From Chloroflexota bacterium (GTDB lineage Bacteria; Chloroflexota; UBA6077; JAJPHF01), in the NCBI GenBank assembly GCA_035294645.1, contig DATGKN010000161.1, forward strand, positions 102,428 to 166,427: a stretch of DNA of 64,000 bases. Direction: 5' to 3'. Shown piece by piece: positions 51,514 to 60,570 of the stretch (the first letter of the stretch is position 1; the number at the start of each line of letters is the position of its first letter). The notes beneath the pieces are model-generated. The model was not told the DNA's origin and did not search any database. It was given only the letters and a program-made list of their open reading frames with translations. Both the position numbers and the translations under genes were made by a program.

Positions 51514-51828
51514 TCAGGGCATGTAGTAGGTTACCGGGAGGGCCGAGTAGTAACCGGTCCAGGGAGAGGTGGGGATCCACCGCGGCACGTACGTCGTCAC
51601 GGGCACGGGCGCTCCCACCCCTGGCGGGGCGAGCTGCGGGCCCCAGGGGGTAGCCACCAGGCCGTACCCTTGCACCTCGGCCTCGGCCGGCTTGCAGGCG
51701 GCGATGTACATCGCGTCGAGGATGCGCTGCTGGGTCGGCGGCAACGTGCTACGGAACTGCGACAGCCGCTCGCCGAACTCCTTCAGGTCCTGCTCGGTGG
51801 GCAACTGCGCCTCGGACATCGCATGCAC
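51514..51828 (-). CDS. Small protein paralogue C
   Basis: MSEAQLPTEQDLKEFGERLSQFRSTLPPTQQRILDAMYIAA...VQGYG followed by a Pro/Trp/Tyr-rich tail. GAGGAGG SD. Confidence 0.5.
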   Translation of the reverse strand: MHAMSEAQLPTEQDLKEFGERLSQFRSTLPPTQQRILDAMYIAACKPAEAEVQGYGLVATPWGPQLAPPGVGAPVPVTTYVPRWIPTSPWTGYYSALPVTYYMP

Positions 51829-51946
51829 CTCCTCATCGGCCGTCGGGCCGGTACTGCGCGCTAGCAGCTGCTAGGCCACGGCCATGGTAGATCGGGCTGG
51901 GCAGCGCCGTCTGTCACCCGCGTGACAGAACGCCCTGGCGCGGCGG

Positions 51947-52888
51947 CTATGGGCCGGCCCGCAGCGCGGCCAAGGTCTTTTCTAGCGATGCGGGGTCTTC
52001 CACGTTGAGGAGCCGTACTCGGGCATCGCGCGGTAGACAGCGGCGGATCAGCCCCAGCAGGGTGCGGCCCGGGCCCACCTCGACGAATGCCTCCACGCCC
52101 AGGCCGAGCATGGCCTGCACCGACTGCTGCCAGCGCACGCTGCCGGTCATCTGGGAGCGTAGGGCGCCGCGCAGCGCCTCGGCAGCGGTCGTGGGCTGGG
52201 CGGTCGTGTTGCAGATCACCGGCACCCGCGCGTCGCGGAACGGCGCCGCGGCCAGCGCTGGCCAGAACTCGGGCTCGCCGGGCGCCATGAGGGGCGAGTG
52301 GAACGCGCCCCCCACGACCAGCTCGGTGACCCGCGCGCCCGCCTGCTCGAACGCGGGGGCGATTGCCCGTAGCGCCGCCCGGTCGCCTGAGATAACCGTT
52401 TGGCCCGGCGCGTTGTAGTTGGCCACGGCGATCACCCCGTCGCCGTCCCAGGCCGCGACGACGGCTTCGACCTGCTCGGCGGTGAGCCCGGTGATAGCGA
52501 GCATGGTGCCAGGGCGTGCGCAGGCTCGCTGCATGGCCGCGGCGCGCGCGCGCACCAGCGCTAGCCCCTCCTCGACCTCCAGAGCACCCGCCGCGACCAG
52601 CGCGGCGTACTCCCCCAAGCTGTGTCCGGCCACGGCATCTGGCGCGACGCCCGCCGCAGTGAGCGCCGCCAGGCAGGCGCAGTCGACCCCGAACAGGGCC
52701 GGTTGGGCGTAGCCGGTTTCGACCAGCCGCTCCAGCGGGCCCTCGCGGCACAGGGTGTCTAGCTCGGGCATGACGGCGACGACGGCCTGCCAGACGGCAG
52801 CCGCGGCCGGGTGGCTGGCGATCAGCGCCTGCCCCATGCCGACAGCTGCGGCGCCCTGGCCCGGGAACACGAACGCGATCTTGCCCAT
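51947..52888 (-). CDS. fabD: Malonyl-CoA:ACP transacylase
   Basis: GQGAQ...GHSLGEYAAL active-site motifs. Confidence 0.85.
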   Translation of the reverse strand: MGKIAFVFPGQGAAAVGMGQALIASHPAAAAVWQAVVAVMPELDTLCREGPLERLVETGYAQPALFGVDCACLAALTAAGVAPDAVAGHSLGEYAALVAAGALEVEEGLALVRARAAAMQRACARPGTMLAITGLTAEQVEAVVAAWDGDGVIAVANYNAPGQTVISGDRAALRAIAPAFEQAGARVTELVVGGAFHSPLMAPGEPEFWPALAAAPFRDARVPVICNTTAQPTTAAEALRGALRSQMTGSVRWQQSVQAMLGLGVEAFVEVGPGRTLLGLIRRCLPRDARVRLLNVEDPASLEKTLAALRAGP

Positions 52889-52937
52889 GCAGCCCTCCCA
52901 GCGCTGGGGGCGGGGCGCCCCGTTGGATGTGGCGCGG

Positions 52938-53315
52938 TCAGTCGCGGTACAGCAAGCGGTACACGCGCTCCTGCCAGCTCGCCGGCGGCAGGTCGACGGG
53001 CCGGCCGCGCCAGTAGTGGCGGCTGCGGCCCTGCGGTCGGAGCAGCAGGCTCAGCAGGGCCACCCCGATGCCGAGCAGACCCAGGTAGAGAAGCTCGCGG
53101 CTGAACGGAAAAACAACGACCCAGCCGGCCAGGGCTACCAGGGCACTAACCAGCAGGAGCTGCTGCGGGGAGCGCGGGCGGGGGTCGGGGAGAGCCACCC
53201 GCGGCCGGCGCGGCGGCGCGGCTCGCGGCGGTGGCAGGCGGTCGGCCTGGCCCGCCCGTAGCGCCTCCTCGATCTGCTTGCGCAGGTCCTCGGGAAGATC
53301 CGCTCTGCCCGCCAC
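52938..53315 (-). CDS. Hypothetical 2-TM membrane protein
   Basis: Hydrophobic core flanked by Arg/Pro-rich segments. Confidence 0.4.
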   Translation of the reverse strand: MAGRADLPEDLRKQIEEALRAGQADRLPPPRAAPPRRPRVALPDPRPRSPQQLLLVSALVALAGWVVVFPFSRELLYLGLLGIGVALLSLLLRPQGRSRHYWRGRPVDLPPASWQERVYRLLYRD

Positions 53316-53416
53316 TGCTGCCTCGCGGAAAGTCGCGCCTCCGGGGCATTATACCGGGGCGCGCCAGTCGCCCGCGGGGCCGGGCGAGGGCCGCGCAAAT
53401 CTGGCAAAATGGGTAT

Positions 53417-53445
53417 TGCGCTCGGCGCGCGGCTGGGCTACAATA
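53417..53445 (+). promoter_or_regulatory. Sigma-70-like promoter TTGCGC-N17-TACAAT
   Basis: Good -10 element in an AT-poor genome, about 135 nt upstream of the zinc-ribbon gene. A GCGTCGACGC palindrome sits in the leader. Confidence 0.35.
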
Positions 53446-53582
53446 GAGGCAGTGGAAAGGTCAAGCCTCGCGCTGCGTCGACGCGGTCGCACCCCAAGCG
53501 CCCACGCTGAGGTCGCCCCGCTCTCCAGCTCACGATGCCTCTGCCTTTACCCACGCAAGCCGTCTCACAAAAGGAGACATTC

Positions 53583-53921
53583 GTGAGTTTCGTTGACCGA
53601 ACCCTGGTGTGCCGCGAGTGTGGTCGGGAGTTCACCTTCTCGGCCGGTGAGCAGGAGTTCTTCGCCCAGAAGGGCTTCACCAACGAGCCGGGGCGCTGCC
53701 CCGAGTGTCGGGCGGCCCGCAAGCAGCGCCTGGGGGCGGGCTCGGGCACGTCGTACGACACCGGTAGCTACGGCGGTGGTGGCTATGGCGGCGGGCGCCG
53801 CGAGATGTTCACCGCCATCTGTTCGGAGTGCGGTCAGACCGCCTACGTGCCGTTCCAGCCGCGCACCGACAAGCCGGTGTATTGCTCGAGCTGCTTCGAG
53901 CGCGTGCGCAGCTACCGCTAG
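53583..53921 (+). CDS. Tandem CxxC-x17-CxxC zinc-ribbon protein with Gly/Arg/Tyr-rich linker (RGG-like)
   Basis: GTG with an AAGGAG SD. Two repeats of C-x2-C-x17-19-C-x2-C separated by GGGGYGGGRR. Confidence 0.5.
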   Translation: MSFVDRTLVCRECGREFTFSAGEQEFFAQKGFTNEPGRCPECRAARKQRLGAGSGTSYDTGSYGGGGYGGGRREMFTAICSECGQTAYVPFQPRTDKPVYCSSCFERVRSYR

Positions 53922-54005
53922 CATCCCTTCGTAGCAGACGGGCGCACCACGGCGAGCTACCGCCCCTCGTGGTGCGCCCTCGGCGGGGTGCCCGCCTTGT
54001 CTGTC

Positions 54006-54671
54006 TCAGGGCGCGAGGTCCAGGCGGCGACGCGCCTCTTCCCAGTACCTCCGTGCCTCTAGCAGCGCGCTCGTCGCCCGCTGGAGGCGGTCCGCGAGCG
54101 CGCTGGGGTGGGCACACTGGTCGAGTGCTTCCAACTGCAGGTCGTGGGCGGCGCGTTGGGCGTGCAGCGCGTGCCCCAGGTCGCTGTGCGCGCGCTGCAC
54201 ACTGGCAGGGTAGGCCAGCGCGTTCAGCTCCCGCTCGATGTCGTCGAGCTCGGCGCGCAGCCCCACCAGCCGGCGGCGCGGCTCGCTCACCTCGCGGCAG
54301 CTAGCGATCGGCGGCAGGCCCACGCTGTCGAGGCCGTTTTGGCGCAGGCGGCGGAATAGCGGTAGGACAGCCGCTTTATACTGCGCCTCCGAGAGCGTCT
54401 CCGGTTCGGCGGCGGTCTCCGCCGCGGGAGCCGGCGGCGCGGGCGCGGCAGGGGGCAGGGTGGGGTCCTCGGCCGGCGGCACCGCCGGCGCGCTGGAGGT
54501 ATCCGCCGCGGGGGGCGCGGCTGGCGGCTGGCCAGGGCCGAGTAGAGCCGGGGGCGGCGCCTCCCGTGGTGCACCGCCAGGCCGGGGCTGCCATGGCGCT
54601 AGGCTGCACGCGGTGCCCACCACGATGATAGCCGTACTACATCCCAGTGCACCCAACAGATAGCGACGCAT
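54006..54671 (-). CDS. Hypothetical lipoprotein with Pro-rich linker
   Basis: Signal peptide with Cys (LGALGCS). PAPA-rich spacer. Helical C-terminus. Confidence 0.4.
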   Translation of the reverse strand: MRRYLLGALGCSTAIIVVGTACSLAPWQPRPGGAPREAPPPALLGPGQPPAAPPAADTSSAPAVPPAEDPTLPPAAPAPPAPAAETAAEPETLSEAQYKAAVLPLFRRLRQNGLDSVGLPPIASCREVSEPRRRLVGLRAELDDIERELNALAYPASVQRAHSDLGHALHAQRAAHDLQLEALDQCAHPSALADRLQRATSALLEARRYWEEARRRLDLAP

Positions 54672-54801
54672 CGTTCGTCCTCGCTCTCCCGTGTGCTGTC
54701 GTGGGGCTACTGCCGCACGGTAGCAGGGGCCCGCGCCGGCGCGCAGTGAAAGAGCGCACGGCGCGCGAGCGGGACGGTTCACACTGCGGTAGCCGCGCTG
54801 C

Positions 54802-55812
54802 CTATCGCCAGTAGGCGAAGCCCATCGCGGCGCCGGTGCCAGCCTCCGAGCGGTAGCACGGCACGTAGTCGACCAGGGTCATGCGCAGTGGAGTTTCGGC
54901 GAGCACGCCCGCCAGCGCGATCCAGTTCTTGCTCTCCGAGGTGCCCGACTGGAAGTAGCGGTCGGGCAGGGCTGTGAGGGCGGCAGCGTCCTTGCGCGCC
55001 AGCGCCTCCAGCAGCGCGCGGTCGAACTCCTCTTCGATCACGAAGTGCGTGAGGCCCCCCGAGGCGATAACCGCCACGCGCTGGCGCGCCGGCCAGCGGG
55101 CGATGGCGCGGCCCAGCGCCTCGCCGAAAGCGTAGCAGCGCGCCACGCTCGGCTGGTTGGGCGGGTAGTAGGTGTTGATGAACACCGGCACGCTGGGCAC
55201 TGGCGCATCGTGGAACAGGCGCCGGTAGACGAAGCCGTGGGCGTGCGAGATGCTGCCGGGGCCGTGCGGGCCGTCGGGAAGGCGGCGCGAGTGCGCCACG
55301 TCGAAGCCCTCGGCGATCAGCGCCTCGATGAGGTAGCGGCCGAGAGCTGGCGCGCCGGGATAGTAGCACGGCTCGGGCGGGACGTGGCCCCAGGCCGCGA
55401 TGGCCACTCCCGGCGGCATCGCGGCCAGCCGCCCGGCCGGAATGGGCAGGTTCGGGATCGTCTCGCCCCAATAGAGGGCGAGGGCTGGCAAGTTGTCCTC
55501 GTGGAACACCTCGTCCTGGTCATCGCCGATGATCACGGCCACGTCGGGCGCCACGTCGCGCAGCACCCGGCCGAGGGTAGCCAGGTGCTGCTGGCAGGCA
55601 GCGTGCCGCGCCTGGCGCCGCTCCAGTGCGCACTCGTCCGCGAACCGCCCGCCGCCGCGCAGCTCGAGGAGCTGGGAGAACGTGTACGTCTCGCCGCGGT
55701 AGCACAGGGCGGGGTTGCGGCGATCAGCCTCAGCGCGCTGGTGCCACTCTTCCGGCGGGGTGCTCAGCAACGGCCCATGCGAGGTGGCCACGCCCAGCAC
55801 GATCTCGGCCAT
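54802..55812 (-). CDS. Class III extradiol ring-cleavage dioxygenase (LigB family)
   Basis: LigB-type pattern VAVIIGDDQDE...ASGGLTHF. Confidence 0.65.
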   Translation of the reverse strand: MAEIVLGVATSHGPLLSTPPEEWHQRAEADRRNPALCYRGETYTFSQLLELRGGGRFADECALERRQARHAACQQHLATLGRVLRDVAPDVAVIIGDDQDEVFHEDNLPALALYWGETIPNLPIPAGRLAAMPPGVAIAAWGHVPPEPCYYPGAPALGRYLIEALIAEGFDVAHSRRLPDGPHGPGSISHAHGFVYRRLFHDAPVPSVPVFINTYYPPNQPSVARCYAFGEALGRAIARWPARQRVAVIASGGLTHFVIEEEFDRALLEALARKDAAALTALPDRYFQSGTSESKNWIALAGVLAETPLRMTLVDYVPCYRSEAGTGAAMGFAYWR

Positions 55813-55927
55813 CGTCTGCCTCCTTCACGGTTCCGGCCCGCGGGTAGGGCCATTATACGCGCCGGGCACCGCCCCAAGCATACCGCCCAGGGGGCGAAAG
55901 CGCGGCTGCCCGCGGGCGTGGGGGGCC

Positions 55928-57022
55928 TCAGCGACCGGCCGGCCAGCGGCCCAGCTGCGCCACCGCGTAGTCGGCCAGTCGCGTGTCGATCAACCGCTCG
56001 GCGGGCAGCGGATCGGTATAGGTCGTGGCCCGCGAGGCGATATGCACGCGCTGTTGATCGAGCAGGCTATCGGTGTCGATGACAAAGTTCGGCTCGAAGC
56101 GCGGCAGGTACTGCAGCTGGCGCACCAGCTCGGGCTGGTTCCCTGTCCAGCGCGCGAACACGGCCGTGGCGGCGTCGCTCTTGAGCTGCTCGTCCGTCTG
56201 GAGCTCGCGCACGGCGCGCAGGTAGGCGAGCAAGAAGCGCCGGCCCAGCTCGGGCTCCGCCTCCCGCAGGCGGCTGCCCGCCATCAGTACGATCGACAAG
56301 CGCTCGGGCAGCGGGCCGGGATCGAGCGCCACAGCGCTGCCTTCCAACAACATGCGCGTGGCCCACGGATCGGAGAACACGCCACCGTCGATCTGGCGGT
56401 TGGCCATGGCGAGGGGCGCGTCCTGCAGGGGCATGGTGATCGCCTCGACATCCTCGGGGCGCAGGCCGGCATTCTCTAGCACCTGCGTGCGGATGTAGAC
56501 GGCGCCGGAGCCAGGCGCCACGCTGTAGACGCGCCGACCGCGGAAGTCGGCGACCGACCGCACGACGCCGCTATCCCACAGGTCCTTGCGCACGAGGACC
56601 GCGTTGCGGGCTACATACGCCACGGGCGCGATAATGCGCACATCGAGGCCCTGGTAGACGGCGTTGAACAGCGGGACCGCGATGGCTCCCATCGCCACAT
56701 CGAGCTGCCCATTGGCCAGGAAAGCAATGGCATCGGCGGCCGACTGGACCGGCTCCGTCTGGAGCTCGATGCCTTGAGCCTCGAAGTAGCCACGATCGAT
56801 GGCCCAGAACAGCGGCGCCTGGTCGAGCGCGTTGACGTAGCTCAGCTTCACGGGCCGTAGCGACATGGGCGGCGAGGGGGTCGCGCTGGCCTGCGCGGGC
56901 CGCTCGGCCGCCGCGGGCTGGGGCGAGCTGCCGCGGCCGGCACTGCCCGCCCCGGTGCAACCCATCAGCCCGCTCAGCGCCGCGAGCACTAGGACCACGG
57001 GCGCTACCGCTCGGAGGTGCAT
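55928..57022 (-). CDS. NMT1/SsuA-like ABC-type solute-binding lipoprotein
   Basis: Lipobox LMGCTGA. SsuA-family body. Last gene of the gntR-ubiD-aldolase series. Confidence 0.75.
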   Translation of the reverse strand: MHLRAVAPVVLVLAALSGLMGCTGAGSAGRGSSPQPAAAERPAQASATPSPPMSLRPVKLSYVNALDQAPLFWAIDRGYFEAQGIELQTEPVQSAADAIAFLANGQLDVAMGAIAVPLFNAVYQGLDVRIIAPVAYVARNAVLVRKDLWDSGVVRSVADFRGRRVYSVAPGSGAVYIRTQVLENAGLRPEDVEAITMPLQDAPLAMANRQIDGGVFSDPWATRMLLEGSAVALDPGPLPERLSIVLMAGSRLREAEPELGRRFLLAYLRAVRELQTDEQLKSDAATAVFARWTGNQPELVRQLQYLPRFEPNFVIDTDSLLDQQRVHIASRATTYTDPLPAERLIDTRLADYAVAQLGRWPAGR

Positions 57023-57256
57023 CGCTATCCTCCCTGGCTTCCGCCGGGGTGAGCGGCCGCCAGCACCGCGGTTGGCGCCGGCCACGCGGCCCACCCGTGT
57101 CGAGCAAGTTCCGATGCTCGGCGCCGGCCCCAACAGGAACCGCCACGAGCCCGCCTCGCGCGGCCTCACGCAACGCCCGCCGCGCTGTTCCTGCAGCCGT
57201 GCCGCACCGGGCTTCCCTGGGCTGCCAACCGCCTGGCGGGCAGCGGCCCAAGCGCT

Positions 57257-57976
57257 TCAGCGCCCGGGCGCCAGGCGGCTGAGATAATACTGCCAGCCGC
57301 GGGTCCAGTCGCGCCCACCCGCGTTGAAGGCGGCCAAGTCCTCGGCCGAGAGGTAGCGCGGCTCGCCGTGCAGCAGGGCGAGGTGCAGCAGGTGCGCGGT
57401 GTGGGCCAGGCGGAGCGTGCGCTGCACGCACGCCTCGATGCTGTCGCCGACGACCACATCGCCATGGCTGCGCAGCAGCACCGCCGGCGCGTCGCCCAGC
57501 GTGGCGGCCAGGGCGTCGCCCTGCTCGATGGTGCGCACCAGCCCCGCCGGCTCGTACACGCGCAGCCCCTCGGCCGGCAGCCAGCTGCCGTAGTGGTTCA
57601 CGGGCCGCAGCGGCAGCGGCAGCACACTGAACAGCTGGCTCCACACCGAGTGCGTGTGCGCCACGCTGGTCACGTCCGGCCGCGCCCGCAGCGTGCGCGC
57701 ATGGATGGGCCACTCGAACGGCGGGGTCGGGTTGCCGCCCAGGTAGTTGCCGTCGAAGTCGAGCAGGATCAAGTGGTCGGCGTCCACCAGGCGAGGGCTC
57801 ACGCGCGCCAGGGTGAGGAACGCGTCGGCGCCCGGCACCCGCACGCTGAGGTGCCCGTAGCCGTCGGTGATCCCCTCGCGATCGAGGATGTGGTGCCCGG
57901 TGATCAGCAGCTCCTTGAGGGGGTGCAGCTCGGGGGCATCGAACGCCGGGGTATTCGCTGGCCGCGTCGGGCTCAT
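57257..57976 (-). CDS. Class II aldolase/adducin-family protein
   Basis: Metal-binding His pattern (HTHS...H...SHG) of the fuculose-phosphate aldolase/MTRu-1-P dehydratase family. Confidence 0.8.
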   Translation of the reverse strand: MSPTRPANTPAFDAPELHPLKELLITGHHILDREGITDGYGHLSVRVPGADAFLTLARVSPRLVDADHLILLDFDGNYLGGNPTPPFEWPIHARTLRARPDVTSVAHTHSVWSQLFSVLPLPLRPVNHYGSWLPAEGLRVYEPAGLVRTIEQGDALAATLGDAPAVLLRSHGDVVVGDSIEACVQRTLRLAHTAHLLHLALLHGEPRYLSAEDLAAFNAGGRDWTRGWQYYLSRLAPGR

Positions 57977-58040
57977 GATCGTTCCCCCAGGGTGAGAATC
58001 GGGGTGGGGCGCGCCCCACCCCGGCCGCGGCGGCGCGCCG

Positions 58041-59684
58041 CTACATCATGAAAGCGTTGCCGTTGCTCTCGTCCTCGCGCTGGAGGCCTGGGATGTTCGG
58101 CGCGCTGGCCGGCCCGGCCTCCGCCTGGGGGGCACCGGGCTCGAAGGCGCCGGTCTCGTGGTACACTACCTGCTCGTCGCGCTCGAAGGCGCGTACGGGC
58201 GGCACCTCGCCGGGCAGGCCGAGCTGGTGCCACCGCGCGGCGATGCTGCGATACACGTCCTCGCGCAGCGTGGTGCGCTTGGCGAACACCGGCAGGTAGC
58301 GGTGCTCTTTACAGGCGTTGATCAGCGCCTTGGAGCCATAGGGCCGCTTCTCGGGCGGGTTCTGGCTGGGGTCGAGCCAGGTCGACCAGGTGTTGCGCAG
58401 GATGTCGATGTCGTCGATCGGGTTGCAGCGGCTGCTCATCGCCCAGATCACCTGGTCGATGTCGGTGGGGTCCACATCCTCGTCGACGGCGATGATCCAC
58501 TTGGTGTAGTAGGCGCCGCCGGGCACCTGGGCCACTAGCGCCAGCACCTGGGCGGCATGGCCCGCGTAGCGCTGCTCCAGGCTGACGATGGTCATGCCGA
58601 AGCCGCCCGCGCCGGCCGGCACAGCGTACACCCCGTGGATGCCCGGCACGCCCAGCCGGTCGAGGTCGCTCCAGATGCGCGCCGAGCGCGCCACGCCGAA
58701 AAACGCGCTCTGCTCGCAGGAGGGGTAGTCGGCCATCAGCGCGTTGGTGAGGATCGGGCGGGTGCGGAAGTGGACCGCCGTGATGTCCACCAGCGGGCAG
58801 CCGGCCTCCGGGCGCCCGTAGTAGCCGGGAAACTCGCCGAACGGCCCCTCCTTCTGGATCGAGTTGGGGCGGATCTCCCCCTCCACCACTAGCTCGGCGT
58901 GGGCGGGGATCAGCAGGTCGGAGGTCTTCGCCCGCACCACCGCGATCGGCTCGCCCTTGATACCGCCCGCGAACTCGTACTCGCTGACGTTCTTGGGGAA
59001 CGTCTGCGAGCCGACGACCATGAACAGCGGGTCGATGCCCCAGGCCGCGGCGATCTTGAGCGTCTCACCGCGCTGCCAGGCGCGCGTGATGTGCAGGCGC
59101 GCGTCCTTGCCCGGCGACAGGTACAGGCCGGTCTGGCGCGGCCCCTGGAGCATCATGCGGTAGGTGCCGAGGTTGAGGTAGCCAGTGTCGGGATCGCGGG
59201 TCACCACCACGTCGGCGGTGCCGGCGTAGCGGCCGCCGTCGAGCGGCCAGTGCTTGGGGATCGGCAGCTGGTAGAGATCGATGTCGTCGCCGTACAGCGA
59301 GTTCTCGTAGACCGGCGCCTCGGAGGGCAACACCTCGCGCGGGGGAATGCGCCGGTTCATCTTCTCCTTGACCCGCCGGATCAGCTCCAGCTTCGGCAGA
59401 TCCACCGGCTCCTCATGGGTCAGCGCGATCCGCTTGAAGCTGGGCCCGAGCAGGTTCCAGAGCGAGCGGGCGCCGATCGGGCTGTCCTCGTAGCCCTTGA
59501 TGCGTTCGAACAGCACGGCCGGCGACGGGGTCTGCTTGGCCACGAGGTAGGTGATGCTGCTCATCTCCAGGATCGGGTCGACGGGCTCCCGCACGCGCAC
59601 CAGCTCGCCGATGGCCTCGACACGCTGGAGCCAGTCGCGCAGGTCCTGGATCGCCGTGCCCGGCGTGGTGGCGGGGGTGGTCAT
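58041..59684 (-). CDS. UbiD-family (prFMN-dependent) reversible decarboxylase
   Basis: Full-length UbiD pattern (LYLSPGKDARLH...GPFGEFPGYY). The ATG at 59684 overlaps the gntR stop. Confidence 0.85.
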   Translation of the reverse strand: MTTPATTPGTAIQDLRDWLQRVEAIGELVRVREPVDPILEMSSITYLVAKQTPSPAVLFERIKGYEDSPIGARSLWNLLGPSFKRIALTHEEPVDLPKLELIRRVKEKMNRRIPPREVLPSEAPVYENSLYGDDIDLYQLPIPKHWPLDGGRYAGTADVVVTRDPDTGYLNLGTYRMMLQGPRQTGLYLSPGKDARLHITRAWQRGETLKIAAAWGIDPLFMVVGSQTFPKNVSEYEFAGGIKGEPIAVVRAKTSDLLIPAHAELVVEGEIRPNSIQKEGPFGEFPGYYGRPEAGCPLVDITAVHFRTRPILTNALMADYPSCEQSAFFGVARSARIWSDLDRLGVPGIHGVYAVPAGAGGFGMTIVSLEQRYAGHAAQVLALVAQVPGGAYYTKWIIAVDEDVDPTDIDQVIWAMSSRCNPIDDIDILRNTWSTWLDPSQNPPEKRPYGSKALINACKEHRYLPVFAKRTTLREDVYRSIAARWHQLGLPGEVPPVRAFERDEQVVYHETGAFEPGAPQAEAGPASAPNIPGLQREDESNGNAFMM

Positions 59685-60469
59685 GGCGTCCTGCTCTCCT
59701 CTCTGTGCCCTGCGGCAGAATGAGCGCCGGAAGTCGTTGCGGCCGCGCGCCCCGCCGGGGCGCGGAGGCGGAGCGGCGCGGGCGGGCGCAGGCGGCCGGC
59801 GAGCCGCGCCAGGTGCTCGCGCATCAGCTGCTCGGCCCGCGGCGCGTCGGCGGCTCGCACGGCGGCCAGCAGGCGGCGGTGGTCGGCCAGCGCGCAGCGC
59901 GACAGCGCCCGCGCCGGGGGCTGCCGCTGATCGTGCTGTTCCAGCAGCTCCTGGAGCACCTGCATCACCAGCGCGAGCACCCGGTTGCCCGCCTGCTCGG
60001 CCACGAGGCGGTGGAACTCGCGGTTCACCGCCGACAGCGACTGCCCGGCGGCCCAGGCGGCGGCCGCACGGGCCACGTTGTCGGCCAGCGCCGCGGCGAG
60101 CGCGGCGGCGTCGCGCTCGACCGCCAGGCGCACCATGGCCGGCTCGACCGCCTGCCGCGCCTGGTACAGCTCGCGGGCGTCCAGGTAGCGGCGGCGCAGC
60201 AGGTCCTCGAGCGCGCCGACCGCCGGCGCGCAGCTGGGCTCGGCCACGAACACCCCACCCGCGTGGCCGTGCCGCACCTGCACCAGCCCCTGGAGCTCGA
60301 GCACCCGCAGCGCCTCGCGCACCCCGGCGCGACTGACGCCGAACTGGGCAGCCAGGGCGGGCTCGGGCGGCAGCCGGTCGCCGGGCCGGCGCCGGCCGGC
60401 GAAGATCTCGCCGCGGATCTGCGCTACGATGCGATGGTAGGCGCGCGCCGGAGTGGGGCGGGCCGGCAT
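59681..60469 (-). CDS. GntR-family (FadR/FCD subfamily) transcriptional regulator
   Basis: N-terminal wHTH (LPPEPALAAQFGVSRAGVREAL) and C-terminal FCD domain. Confidence 0.75.
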   Translation of the reverse strand: MPARPTPARAYHRIVAQIRGEIFAGRRRPGDRLPPEPALAAQFGVSRAGVREALRVLELQGLVQVRHGHAGGVFVAEPSCAPAVGALEDLLRRRYLDARELYQARQAVEPAMVRLAVERDAAALAAALADNVARAAAAWAAGQSLSAVNREFHRLVAEQAGNRVLALVMQVLQELLEQHDQRQPPARALSRCALADHRRLLAAVRAADAPRAEQLMREHLARLAGRLRPPAPLRLRAPAGRAAATTSGAHSAAGHREESRTP

Positions 60470-60570
60470 CCACTTCCTCGTCAGGGCGCCTTCGGTTAGC
60501 GCGAGCGTGATGTCTGACGTCAGGTGTTAGCTGAGGGTAACACGGGCCCGCCTGCCGCGCAAGCGTTGGG

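Noticed and set aside
59685-60473. 810-aa ORF suggesting a GntR-UbiD fusion
   Set aside because: The upstream part is in a different frame from the real gntR gene (59681-60469) and translates to Arg/Ala-rich sequence. UbiD begins at ATG 59684.
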